A stretch of 20,000 bases of DNA from the IMG/VR virus record IMGVR_UViG_3300022917_000009, one strand, 5' to 3'. This stretch comes from an uncultured virus (IMG/VR IMGVR_UViG_3300022917_000009). Its lineage: Duplodnaviria > Heunggongvirae > Uroviricota > Caudoviricetes. Shown piece after piece: positions 16,152 through 20,000 of this stretch. Position 1 is the first letter of the stretch. The number at the start of each line of letters is the position of its first letter. The position numbers were made by a program, and so were the translations under genes. The notes beneath the pieces are model-generated. The model did not search any database, was not told the origin of the DNA, and was given only the letters and a program-made list of their open reading frames with translations.

Positions 16152-16339
16152 AGAACCCATGGAAGTTGCCGCCGGACTACAAGACATTCACAGAGGACTT
16201 GACGCGACGGAAGGAGCAGCAGCCGTGCCTGCATGAGCAAATGAGCAAGCGTTGGCGCGAACAGAACGGCGACGCGCCCGAACCGGTTCACATGATTTCG
16301 TGCCCGTGTCCGCGCTGCACGCCGAGGTATTCACTATGA
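16148..16339 (+). CDS. Small Cys-rich phage protein
   Basis: GAGGAG RBS; CLH...HMISCPCPRC. Confidence 0.7.
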   Translation: MKNPWKLPPDYKTFTEDLTRRKEQQPCLHEQMSKRWREQNGDAPEPVHMISCPCPRCTPRYSL

Positions 16340-16776
16340 CAACCCCATCCCCCGCCGCAATGCTCGCCCACGCCAAGGATGTGCTGGCGAAGGCAGAGGA
16401 GGTGATGAAGAGGAATCCAGAGCCATGGCGCCCATACCTGACGATTCATGGCGACCCGTTTGTGGTCACGGATTCTGATTCAGGCCAGTATCCAATCATC
16501 TGCCGGGTCGAAACAAGCTCTCCGGAATATGGCAAGCCGTACATGGAGAGCATCTGCCTCGCGCACGCCGCCCTGCCGGACTTCCTCGCGTCCGTGCGCA
16601 AAGAGGTGTGGGATATCAACAACCTCACCGAGCGCCAGATGATAAGCGGCAACGTGGAAATCGTGGCACACTACGGCGCCGAGATAGTCTCCCGGACGAA
16701 GGCGATCTGCGCCAGACTTGCGCCGCTGGCTCTCGCACTCAACATCGCGGCGCCGAGCGCGGAAGGAGAAGGATGA
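16336..16776 (+). CDS. Hypothetical protein
   Basis: GAGGT RBS, ATGA coupling. Confidence 0.7.
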   Translation: MTTPSPAAMLAHAKDVLAKAEEVMKRNPEPWRPYLTIHGDPFVVTDSDSGQYPIICRVETSSPEYGKPYMESICLAHAALPDFLASVRKEVWDINNLTERQMISGNVEIVAHYGAEIVSRTKAICARLAPLALALNIAAPSAEGEG

Positions 16777-17129
16777 TGGAAGGAACCGAAGCTTACAAGG
16801 CCGGTCGCGCCATGGGCCGAATGCAGGCCGAAAAGGAAAACGCGGAAGAACTCGCCCGGCTCCGCGCCGAGAACGAGACGCTGCGCTGCATCGCGTGGCT
16901 GTTTGGGAATTCAAGAGATGGCTTGTTCGGTAGCAGTCCGTTTCTTCGGCACAACAACCACAAGCTAGTGTGGGAGTGCATGACCGATAAGGACCGCGCC
17001 GGGTTCACTGTCACGAAGTTACCAAAGGGCTGGATGCCAACGGACCCGATGCCGCGCGCCATCCTCGCCGAAGTCCTCCCCGCGTTCCGCGCGTGGGAGC
17101 AGGAGCAGCGAAAGGAGAAGGACGCATGA
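16773..17129 (+). CDS. Hypothetical protein
   Basis: AAGGAG RBS, ATGA coupling. Confidence 0.7.
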   Translation: MMEGTEAYKAGRAMGRMQAEKENAEELARLRAENETLRCIAWLFGNSRDGLFGSSPFLRHNNHKLVWECMTDKDRAGFTVTKLPKGWMPTDPMPRAILAEVLPAFRAWEQEQRKEKDA

Positions 17130-18322
17130 GCGACGGAACAACAGCGGCTCGCGAACTTTGGCGACTCTCACATTTGGGCGTGGAGACATGGCCTAACGAT
17201 GACGAGTTGGTAGAGTGGCTCGTCTCGGAGATCGACCTTCGGAAGGCACAGGGTCAGGCCGCGCGGTCAGCGAGGAATCGCGCCGACGATCTAAGGCGGA
17301 ATGCGCAAACAGAAAACCGTATATTTGCTAGGCGAGTTCAAGAACTGGAAGCCGAACTCGCCACCGCCAACCGCGAACTCTCCGACCGCCGCGCCGCCGA
17401 AGGCGTGGACCTGCGCGAGGAGAACAAGCGGCTGACGCGGGCGCTGGAGGAGCAGAGCGCGATGCTGGCGAGCGTGCCGGTGGAAGAAGAGCCGCGCCAG
17501 TTCTACAAGATGGAGTGCATCCCGAACAAGTACGGCGTCATCGCGATTGGCGGTCCCGAGCCAACACCCGAAAGCACGATTCGGAATCTGGAACTGCGCC
17601 TGCGACTCGCCGAAGCGCGCGAGAAAGCGAGGGATGAGCAACTGAAGCTGCGCGACGCCTGCGCGATGCACAAAGCGGCGGAGTGGATCAACGGAGGCGA
17701 GGCGTTGAGAGCGGCCCTGCGTGGCATAGTCAACGGCGACAAGAATAGCGGGGACACCATAAACGCGCTTACCGCTCTCGCCGCCGAACTGCGCGCCCTC
17801 GTCCCGTCCGATCTGGTGCCGAAGGCGGAACTGGACGCGGCGGAGGAAAAGATCGCGTGGCTAGAACAGGAGCACGACAACGAGTGCGCTTCTCACGAAG
17901 AAACTATTGAGCAGAGGAATAACGCCAACGCCCGCATTGCCGCGCTCGAATCGGGAAGCGCGTGGGTTGGTGTGGAGTGGCTGCGGGCGAAGGCGTTGTC
18001 CTATCGCCGGGCAGACGCCGGAGCCGACCAACACCACATGGACAGAGGCGCAGAGAACTACGAAGCAATCGCGGACGAACTCGCCGCCGCGCACCCGCAG
18101 GGGGATAAGATGGTCAGCGAGAAGGTGGCGCTGCGGGCCGCTTTTCTTGCAGTCGATGCTGGCGAAATCTGCAAGACCCTTGGCGACTCAAGCCTGCCGC
18201 TTCCGTCATGGGAAGAGATTGTCGCGCGTGCCTCGGCGTGGCCCTACGTAGAGAATCAAAATGCCATCGCTGCTGCCGCGCTCGCCCGCGCGGCGCAAGA
18301 GGCCGGGGAGGGGAAGACGTGA
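17126..18322 (+). CDS. Coiled-coil mosaic hypothetical protein
   Basis: AAGGAG RBS; repeated heptad-like E/L/A/R-rich helices. Confidence 0.75.
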   Translation: MSDGTTAARELWRLSHLGVETWPNDDELVEWLVSEIDLRKAQGQAARSARNRADDLRRNAQTENRIFARRVQELEAELATANRELSDRRAAEGVDLREENKRLTRALEEQSAMLASVPVEEEPRQFYKMECIPNKYGVIAIGGPEPTPESTIRNLELRLRLAEAREKARDEQLKLRDACAMHKAAEWINGGEALRAALRGIVNGDKNSGDTINALTALAAELRALVPSDLVPKAELDAAEEKIAWLEQEHDNECASHEETIEQRNNANARIAALESGSAWVGVEWLRAKALSYRRADAGADQHHMDRGAENYEAIADELAAAHPQGDKMVSEKVALRAAFLAVDAGEICKTLGDSSLPLPSWEEIVARASAWPYVENQNAIAAAALARAAQEAGEGKT

Positions 18323-18579
18323 GCAATCCAGTGCTCTCCAGAAGACGACTGGCGCTTGGCTGGCACGCCACCGAGGAACCCGACTGCTACTCGTGCGAGC
18401 GCAGCGATTTTGAGATGCACGCCAACATGAAGACCGGAGCGGCTTGGGTGGCTGGACCACGAAAGCAGGATTCAATGGTGCGTCAGGACATCCACCGGTT
18501 CCCCTCCCATCACGCTATCGAGTGGTGCGAGAATGCGAAGGCGTACTGCGAAGCGCAGCCAAACAAGGAGGCGAAATGA
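18319..18579 (+). CDS. Hypothetical protein
   Basis: GGGAGG RBS, GTGA coupling (MSNPVLSRRR...). Confidence 0.65.
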   Translation: MSNPVLSRRRLALGWHATEEPDCYSCERSDFEMHANMKTGAAWVAGPRKQDSMVRQDIHRFPSHHAIEWCENAKAYCEAQPNKEAK

Positions 18580-19070
18580 CCACGCTACCCGCCGGGCCTC
18601 TGTTGGACTTGGAAGTGGACAAGGCGATGGACAAGGATTCGCGAAAGTACCAATTCGAGTGCCATAACTGCATGGAGACTTGGAGTCGCGAGGCTGAGGT
18701 ATATCGTCCAGTGGATCGAATGATATGCCCGGTTTGCGCGAATGAGTACTACAAGGGAACGGGCCGGTATCTCAAGACCGACGATGAAGTGGCGGCGCTT
18801 CGAGCTATCCCGTTGAGAAAAGCCTCCCGCGCGTGGTCCACCGACCCGGGCGCCGTGGGACATATGATGGAATGGCTCCGCATCGAGTGCCGCAAGTTCG
18901 GCGAGCGCCTGCAAGTTATCGAAGGCAGTTGCGACGACTTCATGGTGGGGACATGCACCGACGGAGAGTCCAACGAGCCGATGTCGGACGAGGACTCCCT
19001 ACCGCACGCCTTGTCCCTTGCAATCGTCGCAATCTCAGCCCGCCCGGCCCCCGCGCCGGAGAAAGAGTGA
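18576..19070 (+). CDS. Phage ABA-sandwich domain protein with inserted Zn ribbon
   Basis: AGPLLDLEV...WSTD...LPHALSLAIV framework; insert FECHNC...ICPVC; AAGGAGG RBS. Confidence 0.7.
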   Translation: MTTLPAGPLLDLEVDKAMDKDSRKYQFECHNCMETWSREAEVYRPVDRMICPVCANEYYKGTGRYLKTDDEVAALRAIPLRKASRAWSTDPGAVGHMMEWLRIECRKFGERLQVIEGSCDDFMVGTCTDGESNEPMSDEDSLPHALSLAIVAISARPAPAPEKE

Positions 19071-19077
19071 GGAGCAA

Positions 19078-19380
19078 ATGGCAGTATTCACGCACAAGCC
19101 GATGACTGTTGAGCCGTCTACGCGATGGCGCTTCGGGCAGGTATCGCATCTGTCCGCAGACTCCATTTCCGAGCTTCACGCCTTCGCCGAAAAGATCGGA
19201 GTGAAGCGGTGCTACTACTCGAACAAGCGCGGCAAGTATCGCCCACACTATGACCTTTCCCCGGCGGGATTCCAGCGTGCCGTCGATGCGGGCGCCGAGG
19301 TCATGGGCCTGCTGTCTTTCGTACAGCGGCTCGCACCCATCTACAACCCCGCCATCAAGGAGGCCGCGCCCGATGCCTGA
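19078..19380 (+). CDS. DUF4031 family protein
   Basis: SHLSAD...ELHAFAEKIG...HYDL...AVDAGA motifs; GAGGAG RBS. Confidence 0.85.
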   Translation: MAVFTHKPMTVEPSTRWRFGQVSHLSADSISELHAFAEKIGVKRCYYSNKRGKYRPHYDLSPAGFQRAVDAGAEVMGLLSFVQRLAPIYNPAIKEAAPDA

Positions 19381-19634
19381 GCCACGAGAGTACGGATGCG
19401 GCGCCGAGGTCGAGGTGTGGCCGAAGACGCGATTGAAGCGGCTCCTTTACGGCGAGGTTCGTGCGGGGCAAATCGTCGCCCAGCATGTGATCCGATTCGA
19501 CGAAGCCGCCCAGCGGTGGATCGTTCGCCACAAGGTCAAGTTCCAGTGGCGCGGAATCATGGGGTCCGGCTGGTTCAACACTGACGAACTGATCCCCTAC
19601 TGCATATCGGAGCGAGACGATGCCTGAGCCACGA
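19371..19634 (+). repeat. 17-bp perfect direct repeat at gene junctions (19371-19387, 19618-19634)
   Basis: CGATGCCTGAGCCACGA twice; each copy contains the ATG of one gene and the TGA of the previous one. Confidence 0.85.
19373..19627 (+). CDS. Hypothetical protein (possibly SH3-like)
   Basis: AAGGAGG RBS; MPEPREYG... Confidence 0.7.
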   Translation: MPEPREYGCGAEVEVWPKTRLKRLLYGEVRAGQIVAQHVIRFDEAAQRWIVRHKVKFQWRGIMGSGWFNTDELIPYCISERDDA

Positions 19635-19802
19635 TTCAAGGTGGGAGACAGGGTGCGGGTGAAGTGTCTGGCAGTAGGAGTTGTTTTGGACGTGGAAGAG
19701 GACGGAGACCTGTGGCTTGTCCAAGTCGGCCACGATGACTGTCAATGGTGGTACGTCGAGTCCGAACTTGAGGAGGCCCGCGATGCCGATTCGCAAAAGT
19801 GA
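19620..19802 (+). CDS. Small SH3/KOW-like beta-barrel protein
   Basis: FKVGDRVRV...GVVLDV...WYVESELE. Confidence 0.75.
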   Translation: MPEPRFKVGDRVRVKCLAVGVVLDVEEDGDLWLVQVGHDDCQWWYVESELEEARDADSQK

Positions 19803-20000
19803 GATGCACAAGTATCCCGGCGGCGGGACGCACTCCAAGGAATGGAAAGCGTTGCGCGCGTCGATTCTGGAGCGAGCCAAGGGCCGGTGCGAGACGTGCG
19901 GGGTCAAGAATCACTCCATGGTCTGGCGCGTCCGAAAGGGGAAAGGGATGTTGGCCGACACGAGCGTCGAGGTGAAGGTTGTTCTCACGGTGGCGCATCT
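19783..20000 (+). CDS. HNH endonuclease-family protein, N-terminal part (truncated; not in ORF track)
   Basis: Translated by hand: MPIRKSEMHKYP...WKALRASILERAKGRCETCG...VVLTVAH; GAGGAGG RBS. Confidence 0.8.
   Translation, partial: MPIRKSEMHKYPGGGTHSKEWKALRASILERAKGRCETCGVKNHSMVWRVRKGKGMLADTSVEVKVVLTVAH

Noticed and set aside
53..19998. Long minus-strand ORFs (e.g. 53-844, 3117-4121, 6118-7110, 9920-10792, 11596-12354)
   Set aside because: Antisense shadows of RBS-bearing, coupled + strand genes in GC-rich DNA; no recognisable motifs.

Overview
About 20 kb of GC-rich phage or prophage early/accessory DNA. It holds roughly 50 short genes, all on the + strand and mostly translationally coupled (ATGA/GTGA/TGATG overlaps). 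No host housekeeping, structural or integrase genes are visible, so free phage versus prophage cannot be decided. Recognisable genes: a recombination module (DUF669-type SSB ending in DDLPF, RecE-like PD-(D/E)XK exonuclease, RecT-like annealase), an excisionase-like HTH protein, an RHH/Zn-finger protein, a mosaic protein ending in a Clp N-terminal repeat domain, an RMF-like mini-protein, an ABA-sandwich protein, DUF4031 and a truncated HNH nuclease. Two intergenic cassettes share one layout: terminator, TTGACC flanked by a repeat, then a small DNA-binding gene. The most unusual feature is the non-coding stretch 6820-7310. It carries three related long RNA hairpins with a 23-position lower helix, a fixed G.G mismatch, compensatory base changes and variable apices. 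Two of them are followed by a 35-nt repeat with a mutually exclusive hairpin and a boxA-like CACTCTT(T)GAAA. All family calls come from motif recognition by eye; no searches were run.
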